Source: Botryllus schlosseri (Eukaryota). Taken from it: 64,000 bases of DNA. Each line of letters opens with the position of its first letter. The stretch's first letter is position 1. Positions 1-11,422 of the stretch are shown here, in pieces. The position numbers and the translations under genes were made by a program. The DNA lies in NCBI GenBank assembly GCA_051294905.1, contig CM119371.1, positions 33,730,001 through 33,794,000 of the forward strand, read 5' to 3'. The notes below the pieces were generated by a model. That model ran no database searches and had not been told where the DNA came from. It was given only the letters and a program-made list of their open reading frames with translations.

Positions 1-3
1 GAC

Positions 4-1255
4 CAGGGGTTCTCAACTTTCCTTGCGTAACGGGCCGCATTTTAACAGCAAAAAGCGCTGCGGGCCGCAGAACATTATTACCGTATATTTGTGGACTATA
101 CTATTATATTTAGGCTAATATAGCCTATTTACCAGTCGTGTATGGGCATTTTGTTTGTATGCATTCTACAGCATAATGGACAGCGTTCGTAAGCTTTCAG
201 TTGCTGTTTCTAGTGAGATTGTTGCGTAAATCCCTTCATGAAGCGTGCATTGCATTCGTTCCCAAGTCGGTATGTGCACCTTCAAACCCTTGCACCAGAG
301 AACTGAACTGTCTGTTTCAATGCGTGAGCGAGCAAGTATAAAACTACGGTAACTTTTTCTTTACAGAGGCCATTGTCACTTTAGGCTCTCAGTGATATGA
401 GAAGTCTCACGTGCGGGATAATTTCTGAGCAAACCAATCAACCATTCTCCTTTCCTTCCATGGCTGATGCCCTGCACCAATAGTTACAGCAGTCAGCTTT
501 GTTAAGTTGATGTTGTTTGCTAGTCCCATCTCCCCACGTTTGCCCAGCCAGCATTACGTCTACAAATATATCCACTCTGATAGAATACCCCAATACAATT
601 AGCGTTGCAATGTCCGTAGATTTTGTCCAATGCTAGGTTAAAGTAGTCTACGGGGCAACGTGTTTCAAAACATGCGACAAAAGATTAACTGACATTGCTG
701 TTACCATTCTTGTCACGGTTGAATCAGACAACTGCAGCTTGGAAATTTGTTAGGTGAAGTTGTCCTTGCTGCTAAACTCCGGAAACAGCGGAGATTCGCA
801 CAGTATAGTAACGTTTTGTTGGAGAAACACCTTTTCTAACAGATTTCATGGGTTTAGCGATATACCAAGCAATCTTGAATCATGCGTTTTTAACGTCGTC
901 GGCAATCTCAACAATGCCTCAAAATCCGGATTGCTCAGCCTGAGACCTAGCTAGCAACGCTTTTTTCTAAGATCAGGTGATATGTGTGACTCGAGATGGA
1001 CTGTCCGAAGACCTATTCAGAACAATAAGAATCTAAACTCGACCATATATCAAGAAACCAGAAAACATTGAAGAATGAGAATGAATCAAACGAAACAGGG
1101 ACGGAGCGATAAGAGAGCTTCAGTGGCTAAATTGATACCGTATGCAACAATACTGTGCCGGTAGTAATTGCGATCATATTGAAAGATCTCGCGGGCCACA
1201 GAAAAAGCGTCTGCGGGCCGCATGCGGCCCGCGGGCCGCGGGTTGAGAACCCCTG
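4..1255 (-). mobile_element. hAT (Charlie/SPIN-like) deletion derivative
   Basis: 14-bp TIR CAGGGGTTCTCAAC at 4 and its reverse complement ending 1255. Right flank ATGTAGAC; the visible left flank ends GAC. Minus-strand remnant 'LFPEFSSKDNF..QISKLQLSDSTVTRMV' (~690-800) resembles GTF2IRD2/SPIN transposases. Confidence 0.8.
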
Positions 1256-1263
1256 ATGTAGAC

Positions 1264-1360
1264 TATCCTGTATATAATTTTGAACAAATGCGTCTATTCC
1301 CCACCAGAAACCATTGAATTCCCCACCAGTGGGGAATTCCCCACCGTTTGGGAACCACTG
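1264..1360. mobile_element. End of a second hAT MITE (host of the 4-1255 element), inserted into the gag ORF
   Basis: Ends GTTTGGGAACCACTG at 1360 with subterminal TTCCCCACC repeats; flank GTCTATAG. The other end lies outside the window. Confidence 0.65.
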
Positions 1361-1672
1361 GTCTATAGCCTCACCAGGCAGTTGTTTGCAAGTCAGTAAT
1401 TCATGCCTAGCCGCAATGGTGTTCTTCTGCTTCACATAGAGCTCTTTCAAAGCACCAATGGCAAGGTCATAATCATCAATGTCCGCTATGTTGCGGAAGA
1501 CTTGAAATGATATCAGATTTGTTAGCAGCTTGAGTTTGTCCGGATGTAAGTCAGCGGCTGCTAACGCTTCCAAGTAGTCGTTGAACGTTTTAAGCCAATG
1601 TTTGAACTCATCAGCTGCAGTCTCCGAGCCTGGCTCGACGTCGAGGCGTTGAGGTTTCAGAACCTTGTCCAT
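1361..1672 (-). pseudogene. Gypsy-type LTR retrotransposon gag N-terminus, interrupted by hAT insertion
   Basis: MDKVLKPQRLDVEP...EFKHWLKTFNDYL...KLKLLTNLIS..V...Y..AI..LKELYVKQKNTIAARHELLTCKQLPGEAID, a retrotransposon-gag-like pattern. The rest of ORF 1127-1759 is MITE sequence. Confidence 0.7.
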
Positions 1673-1857
1673 TGAAGCCGTAAGAATAAGTTTAATAAAT
1701 TGTTCTGACCTAGAGATAGGCTTTATTAAACTTATTCTGCAACATACGACAAATGACATACACAGTATAGGAACAGTTCAAATACGATAACACAAGACCA
1801 ACACCTAGAACAACTGAGAACGGATTAGCTATACTGACAGCACTAGGCACTAGGAGC

Positions 1858-3614
1858 CACTGGCGTAGCAGCATGTGCTGCCGCCCCTGGCTCTCGCTTA
1901 AAATGCCGCCCCCCTCTGTAGACCGCAGCAAATTTCTACATAGATTCATGTTCAATCAATCTTTTCAAAAAATATATTGCAAATAATATGCCGCGTCTCA
2001 GCCTCGCCGTCTCAACGTTAATAACGCCAAAAATAATAAAGACAAGAAATAGCGAACGAATGTAATTCATTTTCGAGTCTTAATTAACACTTGTATAAAT
2101 TTAAGCCCAATCTGTCAATCTGACAATTATAACCAACTTATACAGTTCCTAGGACCGGTTTACCTTCACAGCTATCTCGGTCTGCTGTACCAAATCGTAA
2201 CTAGGGCTGGGCACAATGATTCGAGTACTCCAATCTGATGACTCAAGTCGAGTAGTAAAATACCATTTTTTTCGAGTACTGAAATTATACGCTCCTCGCC
2301 ATTGATGTTAATTTATCAACAATAATTATAGCTTCGATACTATTTTCCACTGTGGAAGCCTTGAAACATTGATTGGCCGTATCGCAGCATACAAAACATG
2401 TAGTGCAAAAGTTATTAAGTTTAGTGGAAATACCACATTTCAGAAGTCATGATCACCCCTCAACATTGTCACAAAATGCAACGAATTCAGTATGGTCGAA
2501 AAAATACCAAAGTATCTTTATTGTGATGCATAACAGGCATTATATTCTTTGTGGTGGGATAAAAGGTACATATTTTAACTATGACATATGGCATTCTGTT
2601 TTGACCTCATATAGAGGGATATTGGAATACTCGACTCGACTCGACTCGAAGCATATTATTATTAATAAGTGATTCAGAATCGAATCACTCAGGTACTCGA
2701 TTTTGCCAAACCCCAATCGTAACCCAAAGTATAGATCACTAACCTACGGATATAGGTGGGCAACTTAGTTGTCACACTTGAATACCCACTACCCAGACAC
2801 TACTGATGAGACAGTCAAAAGCAGCATAATTGGTCATGGTCATCCTATAGTTGGCCAGGCCCTCCGTGCGGTCAAATTTAACAATACTGATCGTAATCGA
2901 AAGCTATCGTTGCCCTGATTCCGGAAATACAATTTAAATCCTGGTTTGAAAATCGGCAATTTTCCGAATAATCGCACGATATAATTTCCATTATCACGGT
3001 CGATTGGTCATTGTGTTCCGATTGTTAGGAGTGGTTCCATTGTCATGTTAACATATTCCAAATCAGCGCGACACTAGCTTTCGATTGAGACCAGTCTGAC
3101 TAAGCTTCCGGGACGCCAGCTATATAGGACTACCAATTACGCTGCTTTTAGCCGGCTGTTTTGTGTACACTGTGCACTAGGGCTCTTCAAAAATGACTTT
3201 TTTTCTCCAATCGCACTGGCTACTTGATAAAATTGTTAGGTTGCTTAATTTAAGCCTACACACCAAATTTGGTACAATTCCAACCAGTAGCCGCATTGCT
3301 ACGGGAGAAGAAAGTTTTTATTCATTATATAAAAATAAATAACAAAAAATTTGAAAATTTTCTGTTCACCCCATGAAAGTGTTAGGTTGTCTATAGAAAC
3401 GATGTTCACCAAATTTTGTTAAATTCCAGACAGTGGAAGCAGAGTTATTGCCGTCGAAAAATTTGGATTTGAATAAAATAGTACTTACGGTGGGGACCAC
3501 TATAATACATAATTAAAGAATTGGTGTGCACTGTGCAGCCTCATTTTGCCGCCCCCTTGGAGCCTGCCGCCCCTGGCGCAGAGCCAGAACCGCCAGGTGG
3601 CTGCTACGCCACTG
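1858..3614. mobile_element. Non-autonomous hAT element (CAGTGGCGTAGCAGC family)
   Basis: TIRs CA(C/G)TGGCGTAGCAGC; perfect 8-bp TSD CTAGGAGC (1850-1857, 3615-3622). Confidence 0.85.
2202..2715. mobile_element. hAT-like MITE (TAGGGCTGGGCA termini) nested in 1858-3614
   Basis: 8-bp TSD ATCGTAAC on both sides; subterminal TCGAGTAC/ACTCG motifs. Confidence 0.75.
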
Positions 3615-4433
3615 CTAGGAGCGTGAGCGTAATCAACGTGAATCAATCAACTAATGATGGAAAGTACAGATAAGGAATAGTACATCCATTTAATAACTCA
3701 ACTGCATGGTTTGATATTAATGAGTGCAGGGCCAGTATCAAAACGTCACACGAATGGTTTAACGCTGCACGAACACCAGCGGCATGTAGTGAAGTCCGTT
3801 TTAGTGCGACGATTACGTCATCGATATTGCACAATTATGACGCCACAAGACTTCGCCACCTCGTAAAAAAAATAAAAGTCGTCGCCTACCTTCAAATACG
3901 CTTCTACAATATATAAATATTATAAATATAGATACTTCTACCTACACTTACAAAGAATGAATCTATCTAACATACCAGCCTATCGGGTTTTCCAAGTACA
4001 GCACTAAAAGTAATGAACTTACTCGTGCTCGTGTTGCCAATCTAAAATCGCACTCGTGTTAGTTAAGTCATGTAAGTTTCTCTTTCTATGATGTTTAGCA
4101 ATTGAAACCTTCAAAAATGCACGGGCCCGAGGTCGGGCTATCGCGCCATCAATGAAATAGAAAAATACTATATGGTCAGAGCAAAACTTTATCATTATCA
4201 TATTGAAATATATTGAGGAAAAGATTGATCAAATACCCACAGTAATTTGATTTTCGGTACGAATTTTATCAATGTTTTTACAACGTTCCTTGAGGCTTTC
4301 GCGGACCGCATGCGGCCCGCGGGCCGTTGTTTGCCCACCCCTGGTTTAACTTGAAAGTTCATAATAGTTCAATCACCTCAAAGCAGCTTTTTAGACTACG
4401 ACCAAAATCTGAGTTTTTGTGACATCTCGAGTC

Positions 4434-4627
4434 CAACGTTCCCTCTAATTTTTGACGAGTCTGCGCACACTCACCAAATCACTGCGCAGATCCTTCGACT
4501 ACAGTGCGTAACGACTAAAAAATAGGTCATCACTTCGGATTTTTTGTGCGCAATTTAGATTTTCTGTGCTCAGAGACCGTGTCAGTACTGCGCATTTGCG
4601 CACGTGCGTAGCTTAGAGGAAACATTG
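4434..4627. mobile_element. ~190-bp MITE (CAATGTTCCCTCTAA TIR), copy 1
   Basis: TIR pair; highly similar to 7936-8127. Confidence 0.75.
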
Positions 4628-6199
4628 ATCTCGACCCGAGCCTAACCCATTAAAAACAATTCATTTTTAATATTACAGTATTATTCTGGGATTTTACGGA
4701 CATATGACATACAGAACGTGCACACTACAATTCTACCCAACATAGTTCTACAAAACACGCGATTTCAAATTAGGTTGAATTCAATTCATTTATGCGTGTC
4801 GTATTTGTACCATACCTGCTAATCCTACTCAGTTTGCAAGAACGGGACTGCAGGCAAAAGTCTCAACACAAACACGTGGGATTTTCACCCTTTCGACAAA
4901 CTGGAGCCTCCGGGACCTTTGTGTCATCTCTCAAAAGCGATGTCTGTCAGCCAGCATTTTTCACTCGCGGAAAATACGCTGTATTTTGGATAGGAATGCA
5001 GAACAGTTTTAAAGACCATCCAAGGCCATCGATCCAAGCACTAGTAGACGTCGACAACTTAATTGTTTGGCAGTGAAATCGATGAAATCAAAACGAGGGA
5101 AAAGAGTTGCCTTTTTAGACACTTGATGGCTTTAGTTACAATAGCCAGTTTGTTGCAATTTTGAACAAAATATTGTTAAGTATCTTCATCTTCTTTTTGC
5201 ATAACAATTTTCGGTTAGTGTGTGCGAATGAAGTTTATTTTCTACAAAATGTGCGAATGGAGATCGGAAAGGTTGAAAAGCACGGCATTAGTGTATTATT
5301 TGGATATTACCTTGGTAAACGCCGCCGAGGTAATCGTGACAAAAGTGTGAAATAACTGTAATAATTCAGTTCTATAACTCATCAGACTGTACATTTTGTT
5401 CAGAGGTGTTCAACCTTTTTGCTATTCAAGGCCATATTTCGATCAGATATATGGCATACGACCGTATTTCGATTAGATATATGGCATACGGCTGCATTCC
5501 AACGGACATTTGTAACGGACCTCTGAAAGGCAAATATCAATGTTAAATTGGCTATCGGGGGACTTCTCATCGCAGACAGCCTATTGTGTTCTGAGGCAGC
5601 GTTGTTTTCTAGAGAAATAGGCTACCCTGAGCAGTGGCGTAGCAGCGGGCTCCAAGGGGCGGAAAATGAGGTTATACACAATTGCACACGCACAGTGCGC
5701 AGACTGCGCACACGCACAGTGCGCAGACTGCGCACGCGCAGTGTATACAGCCGTCTAAAAGCAGCGTGTAATGGGTAGTCCAATAGCCGGCGACCCGAGA
5801 GCTCAAATATAATCAACTCAATCGAAAGCTAGTGTAGCACCGATTTCGAAAACACAAATTAAAATGTGAACATGGCAATGGAACAACTCCGAAATAGCGC
5901 GGTCAAGACCGATTGTTCCTACAATCGGAGTGTCGCAAAATGATCAATTAACCATGATAGTGAAAATTGTATCGAGCGATTATTATTTTCGGACTTGAAC
6001 GGCTATTTTTTGGTGGTTCCGTTGTCCTGACCATCTTTTAAAATGTATTTCCGAAATCAGGGCGGCAACAATAGCATTTGATTAAGATTAGTATATTGTT
6101 TAATTGGAATTAGCCGCGGAAATTGACAAATTTAACAGGCCGATGCAGAGCAGTGAAACCCTGTTTGATCGTAATGCTACAGCGTTTGATGTTTCACAG

Positions 6200-6451
6200 T
6201 GGTTAGTTAAATCACACCTACTTGATTCGACACCATATCTATTCTTCTGTCTGAAACTGTGTCTGACCATTGGTGTTTCAATTGCGAGCTGTGAGAGGAA
6301 CTTCTCAAATCTTAAACTGATAAAGTCTTATTTACGTTATTTGCTATCAGCTCTGTTCTTTCTATAGAATGAGACTACGTTCAAAAACTTGATTTTGAGA
6401 ATATTTTCGCTGATTTCGCTTCGGTGAAAGCCCGAAAAGTTCAGTTTTGAG
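6200..6451 (+). pseudogene. hAT transposase C-terminal dimerization-domain remnant
   Basis: PYLFFCLKLCLTIGVSIASCERNFSNLKLIKSYLR, then frameshifted ..LDFENIFADFASVKARKVQF*. Confidence 0.8.
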
Positions 6452-6480
6452 ACGGCTATGTATTTTTTATTTGCCTAATA

Positions 6481-7358
6481 CAGGGAGCCAACCTTTTCGG
6501 CCAAAGGGCCACATGAGATTTGCGAATCATTGCGCTGTCCACTTGGATGTTAAATGTTGATGACCGTTCTTTAGTCGTCCGATAGGAGCCAACCAGATTA
6601 TACGTAGCCTAACGATGAAAACAAGACTTATATTACTATACGCATCATAATCAATAACAAATGTCATGAAAAGTCAGCGTGCATATAGTGCACTCATGAA
6701 CTATCCGCGCGAAGCGTTAACATTTTTCACAGTTAATGTATGAGATCGGCCAATACTAATTTCACTTGCATGTATTGCGAGTCGCCTCTGTTTGCCGCTG
6801 GGCTCATCTCATATGGACAGGATTATTCGGCGCTTATAGACATATAAATATCGGAGATTCCAGCGTAGATGCGTCTATCATGTTGTGCAAAGGTTTCATC
6901 AACAACCATATTTCTGCAAGTGCAGATGCGAAGTCGGATGTTAGACAACATGTTCTCTCATAATTGCGAGTATTGTCAGATTCAGTTCGGTAAATTTTCA
7001 GGACGGGGTCGCCCTACTATAAGCAAGAAATTGAGTGACAATAAATCGCGCTAAGTGCTACTAAAAATATCAAGTCAAATAAATCTACCACGAAGTATTC
7101 TATATTTTATGGTCATATATATGAAGATCTACGAAAAATGTGGCTGCATGGTCCCTGGCTACGCCAATGTGTCGGATTTGATGCTTAAGTCATCAACAAC
7201 CCAAATTTCGCGGCCATAAGCTAATCAAATTTTTGGTTGGCCTTGTAAATTCACAATAAATTTCATACTTTGTTGCGCCGATAGCAGACGATATTTATTA
7301 TTTGATATTACAGCTAATTTCGGGAATTATCTCGCGGTCGACGGGTTGGCCGACCCTG
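6481..7358. mobile_element. hAT MITE nested in 5632-7585
   Basis: CAGGG...CCCTG termini, perfect TSD GCCTAATA. Confidence 0.75.
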
Positions 7359-7935
7359 GCCTAATACATTCGTTTACCATTTCTTGTCTTTATTGTTTTG
7401 GCCTTATAAACGCAGAGACGGCGAGGCTCCTCTCAAGCAATATAGAACTTTTGAGACGCTGCATATTATTTGTAATTATTTTTGTTGAAAAGATTGCACT
7501 ATGTCGAAATTTGCTGCGGTGTACTTAGAGGGGGCGGCATTTTTAAGGAAAGCCATGGGCGGCAGCGCAAGCTGCTACGCCACTGCATGACCCTGAGCAC
7601 GAACGTTTTTAATGCCAGAATCAGAACGCCCGTCAGACTTTTCCGTATGCACCGAAATCGCCAGTATCAACGTTAATAAAAGCTATTGGGAATCGCTGTG
7701 CAGTGGCGTCAACCGTCAGATATACAGATAGAGCTGACGAAAAGTGTGTCTTCAGAAATTGAAGGCAACTAATTAATGATGAAGCATCTTCCGGTGGGCC
7801 TAGCATTGTTATTAATCATTTTTTGCATGTTGTTGTTGTTGTCCCATCAGGGTTGTTGGCACAGTGTTTGTGAGAGAACAACGGCCAGCAAAACTCACGA
7901 TCGTTGAATGATTGGTCGCTTTCACGGGTTACAAC

Positions 7936-8127
7936 CAATGTTCCCTCTAATTTTCGATAAGTCCGCGCACACTGACTAACTCACTGCGCAGACCCTTGAA
8001 CAACAGTGCGTAACGACATAAAAAGGTCATCACTTCGGATTTTTTGTGCGCAACTTAGATGTTCTGTGCGCAGAGACCGTGTCAGCACTGCGCATTTGCG
8101 CACGTGCGCAGCTTAGAGGGAACATTG
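7936..8127. mobile_element. ~190-bp MITE, copy 2
   Basis: TIR CAATGTTCCCTCTAA; perfect TSD GTTACAAC. Confidence 0.85.
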
Positions 8128-8523
8128 GTTACAACTGCGTTTCGCGAATAATCCGAAGATATGCAGTGATTTTTATTGGCACCGAATACTTGATTACTTG
8201 AGACTTGAAATTGACTCGTGAATTTTGCTCCGAGTCATGAGTCAATCCACATTTCTGATACGTGAGACGCACACGATTCCAAACAAGTATTTATTTATGG
8301 AGCACATTATTTTCCTCTGTGGTTTGCATACGCGCTGTGGGCTCAGATTGCATAAACACTACTATAATGAGATCGAAAATGTAAATCGTGAGAATCGCGC
8401 CAAGCACGAATTTTTTTAAGTTGAATTAAAACTCTCAGAAATTGCCGAGTTGGTTCGTGAATTCAAATTCATGGTTCAACGGCCACAGGTCAGCCACCGG
8501 GGCCCGGGGCTCGGGGCTTATAT

Positions 8524-8557
8524 TATAGATAACTAAGGTAAACCTTAGTTATCTATA
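8524..8557. mobile_element. 34-bp palindrome of two P-like TIR tips (probable excision footprint)
   Basis: TATAGATAACTAAGGT-AA-ACCTTAGTTATCTATA flanked by 7-bp direct repeat CTTATAT. First 13 nt are identical to the TIR at 26184. Confidence 0.7.
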
Positions 8558-11044
8558 CTTATATAGCTCAGGGGCCACCACTGATTTAGTGCATCGTCGC
8601 TGGGTGCGGCGGAGGTGTGTCTGCACCATGCGTCTCTATAAAATCGACGTAAAAGCGATCGCTCATCGCTGCATCTGCGTGTAGTGTAGTGCAGAGATGG
8701 CGTATTGGCGACGTTATTACCGATATCGGTAGCCTACTTAAGATTTTGGGACATTTGTCAGTCAGTACTATAGTCAGGCTTCTCTATTAGCTATGCGGCA
8801 TGCTTGGATTACGGTGCCTGCCTTGTGTTGTAGGATTCAAGCGATCACAATACTTTGCATCATGCAACGTGCATATTTATATTTTGCCTGATATAATTAA
8901 TGCTACTTTTTCATGTATCTGCTCCTTGACTATAGTGTTTCATTATCATTACTGTAACAGGGAATGTAAAAAAATTGAACTACATGGTTTGGTGAGCAGA
9001 AAACGGTCGGTTTTAAATATGCTATAACCTCGCTGTTTCTATATCAGTGTTGAGAAATGAAGTTTTCTACACTTTGCGCTAGTTACTAGATTCACTCCTA
9101 AAATTACTTGATAATCTGAGGTCTAGTGGGTACCGTTGCGGTAATTGGACATGGAATATGCTGATATGAGCTGTCTCGAAAAAATTGTTTATTTCCAAAC
9201 ATTTTTCAAGGCTCAGCCACCACAGAGAGCTACTACACTACAAAGAATTACACAAATTTAGTCTCCAAGTGAGTTTATTAAATTGACAGTGTTTCAACTT
9301 TTTAAGACTATATAGAATTGTCACGATTATTCGTTCTTCAAAATAAGACCAATAAACGCATCTTACAAGACACAGAGTGCCTATTAAGACAGTTTTCGAT
9401 GCATCAGTGCTTTTGGTCTGGTTTTTAAGACGAATTTTTCTAATCAAGAAATAGCATGGTCTGTGGTCTTGAAAATGAGACCGGAAAGTTGTCATGAGAC
9501 AAGAACATAACACATCACTAGCTTATTGAGACCATTTTTGATGCTTCTGTTTTTTGGTCTAAATTTTAGCCACCCACTACAAATGCTAGTATTGACTCAG
9601 ACAGCCGTATAGCCGTATAGGCTATATTGTTCTTAGTTTTAATTCGGGTCTATTGAGTGGTAAGTAGTATGTAGCCCACCTTGATAATGTTATGTAGTCT
9701 TGCGAACTCCTTACTACGTAATATCCCAACACTTTAAATTCAGGTCTCTCATGCTGTCCCATCACTCAGAACGTAACACTAAAAAGGATGCCCCCGAAAC
9801 ACTGCTAGTATTATTCTTAACGACTTTTCTCTCTGAAAAATCAAATTAAGACCAAATTTGTCTAATCTGTTTTTGAACTATTTGTTAGTACTATTTACTA
9901 CATGTGGTTTTGACTTACCATGCTGACTACTATCTGTAGGTAAATCACTTGAACCCTGAAGTAGGGATGGTGGGAACGTGAAGTAGGGATGGTGGGAACG
10001 TGAGGTTCACATTTGGTGCAAAAATATAGAGATTCGCCTTCGCTTTACAAACCTTGGTAGGTTCTACACTGCGAACCTTCAGATTCACAATGAATTTTGT
10101 CTTTAACATTAGTAGTTTCATATATTACTATCAAATAATTATTCTTCCTCAGCCCATGTATTCTTCCTCAGCCCATTTTTTGTGATTCCTCTTGGATTAT
10201 CCACCGATCAAGGATAATCCCCGAATTATCAGAAAAAAATTCAAATAACTCGGCTTCTACGGGTTGGAATTAGTCAGATTTGTTTTGCATGGTTTTTGAA
10301 GACAGCACAACAATTTCATGGGGTTGACCGAAAAATTCGAAAAAAAAAATTTGCGTTTTTGGGTAAACTCGAAATTTTCAAACTCTACAAAATCCGCGAT
10401 TGTTGGTTGGAATGAATTCAAATTTGGTGTGAGTCGTTTTTTAAGGAAACCTAACGATTTAATATCGGAGCCAGCAAGATTCGGGTAAAAAAGTTTTTTT
10501 TTGAACAGCCCTAGAGTCCATATTGCGCCGGCTGAGGTGGTGATGATGTGACTTATCATACAGATGCATTATAATATCTCCAGGTGTGTTGTAGTCCTAT
10601 GTAGCAGTTGGTCGCCTACTTGGTGTTTCAAATTAGATAGGCCCTGTTTTGTTGTATAGCAGCATAATTTATGGAGTACTAGGAGTTTTAATTGACTGAT
10701 GACAGCCGTCTTCCTTCCCGACTTATACACTGAAAAAGTTGGTCATATTAAATTTTTTTGTTGATGTCTTGAATCAACTTATTATAAAAAATTCTTGAAG
10801 ACCAATCAGTTTTTTCAAGTAGGCCTACTTCCTATATCATTACCCAGGACCAAATCGCAGAAAGCCAAGATCCAAATTGCCCAACAATAAGACTTATTGC
10901 GATTCTGATCCCTGAGCGGAATCTTGGTGCCTTTCCTGAATTAGATTCTATGCGAAGGATTTGAATTCGCAGTGTTAGGATACGGTATTACTGTGCTAAG
11001 GTGATTGCAAGATATCAATTACATAATGTTATAAAGGTATAAGG

Positions 11045-11422
11045 TAGGCTTACCATACGTCCTCTTTTAAGAGGATTTGTCCTCTTTTTTGACTTTTTTG
11101 AAAGTGTCCTCGGAGGACGGCCTTTTGTCCTCTTTTTTGAGATTTTGTCCTCTTTTTTGAAAATTTAGGTCAGATTTAGAGGAAATTGCGAGTGATATGC
11201 CGCAAATTAGCGCAGAAGTGAAGCTCCGGCGGGTATTTCGGAGGGAAAAGCGGTGATTTCAGCTCTGAGCGAAAAGAAGACCTTTTTTTTTTTTTTCTTT
11301 TAGTCAACCGATCATGAAGTGGGAAAAATTTACCGGTTTTTGAGAATTCTTCTCCAGTTTTGCATGTCTGAAATTTCTGAAAAAGTGTCCTCTTTTTTCA
11401 TTTCCGAAATATGGTAAGCCTA
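11045..11422. mobile_element. TAGGCTTACCATA MITE (hAT/Tip100-like), copy 1
   Basis: TIR TAGGCTTACCATA, GTCCTCTTTT subterminal repeats, TATAAGG on both flanks; near-identical to 23655-24091. Confidence 0.85.

Larger units (their letters stand above)
5632..7585. mobile_element. hAT element of the CAGTGGCGTAGCAGC family, copy 2 (opposite orientation to 1858-3614)
   Basis: Perfect 15-bp TIRs; ACCCTGAG on the left and 4 bp after the right end; 7460-7585 mirrors 1858-2010. Confidence 0.75.

Noticed and set aside
1127..1759. 210-aa ORF as an intact gene
   Set aside because: Chimera of a gag fragment and read-through into two hAT ends.
3168..3534. Transib/RSS-heptamer (CACTGTG)-ended element
   Set aside because: The repeat family is real (also ~10257-10514 and ~36135-36500), but the ends are not a clean inverted pair and no 5-bp TSD was found.
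3655..3832. 5' LTR of the Gypsy remnant
   Set aside because: TG...CA boundaries are plausible, but no second LTR or clear primer-binding site is in the window.
8697..8735. First coding exon of the ZF gene (ATGGCG...CG|GT)
   Set aside because: No homology or transcript support; could be chance.
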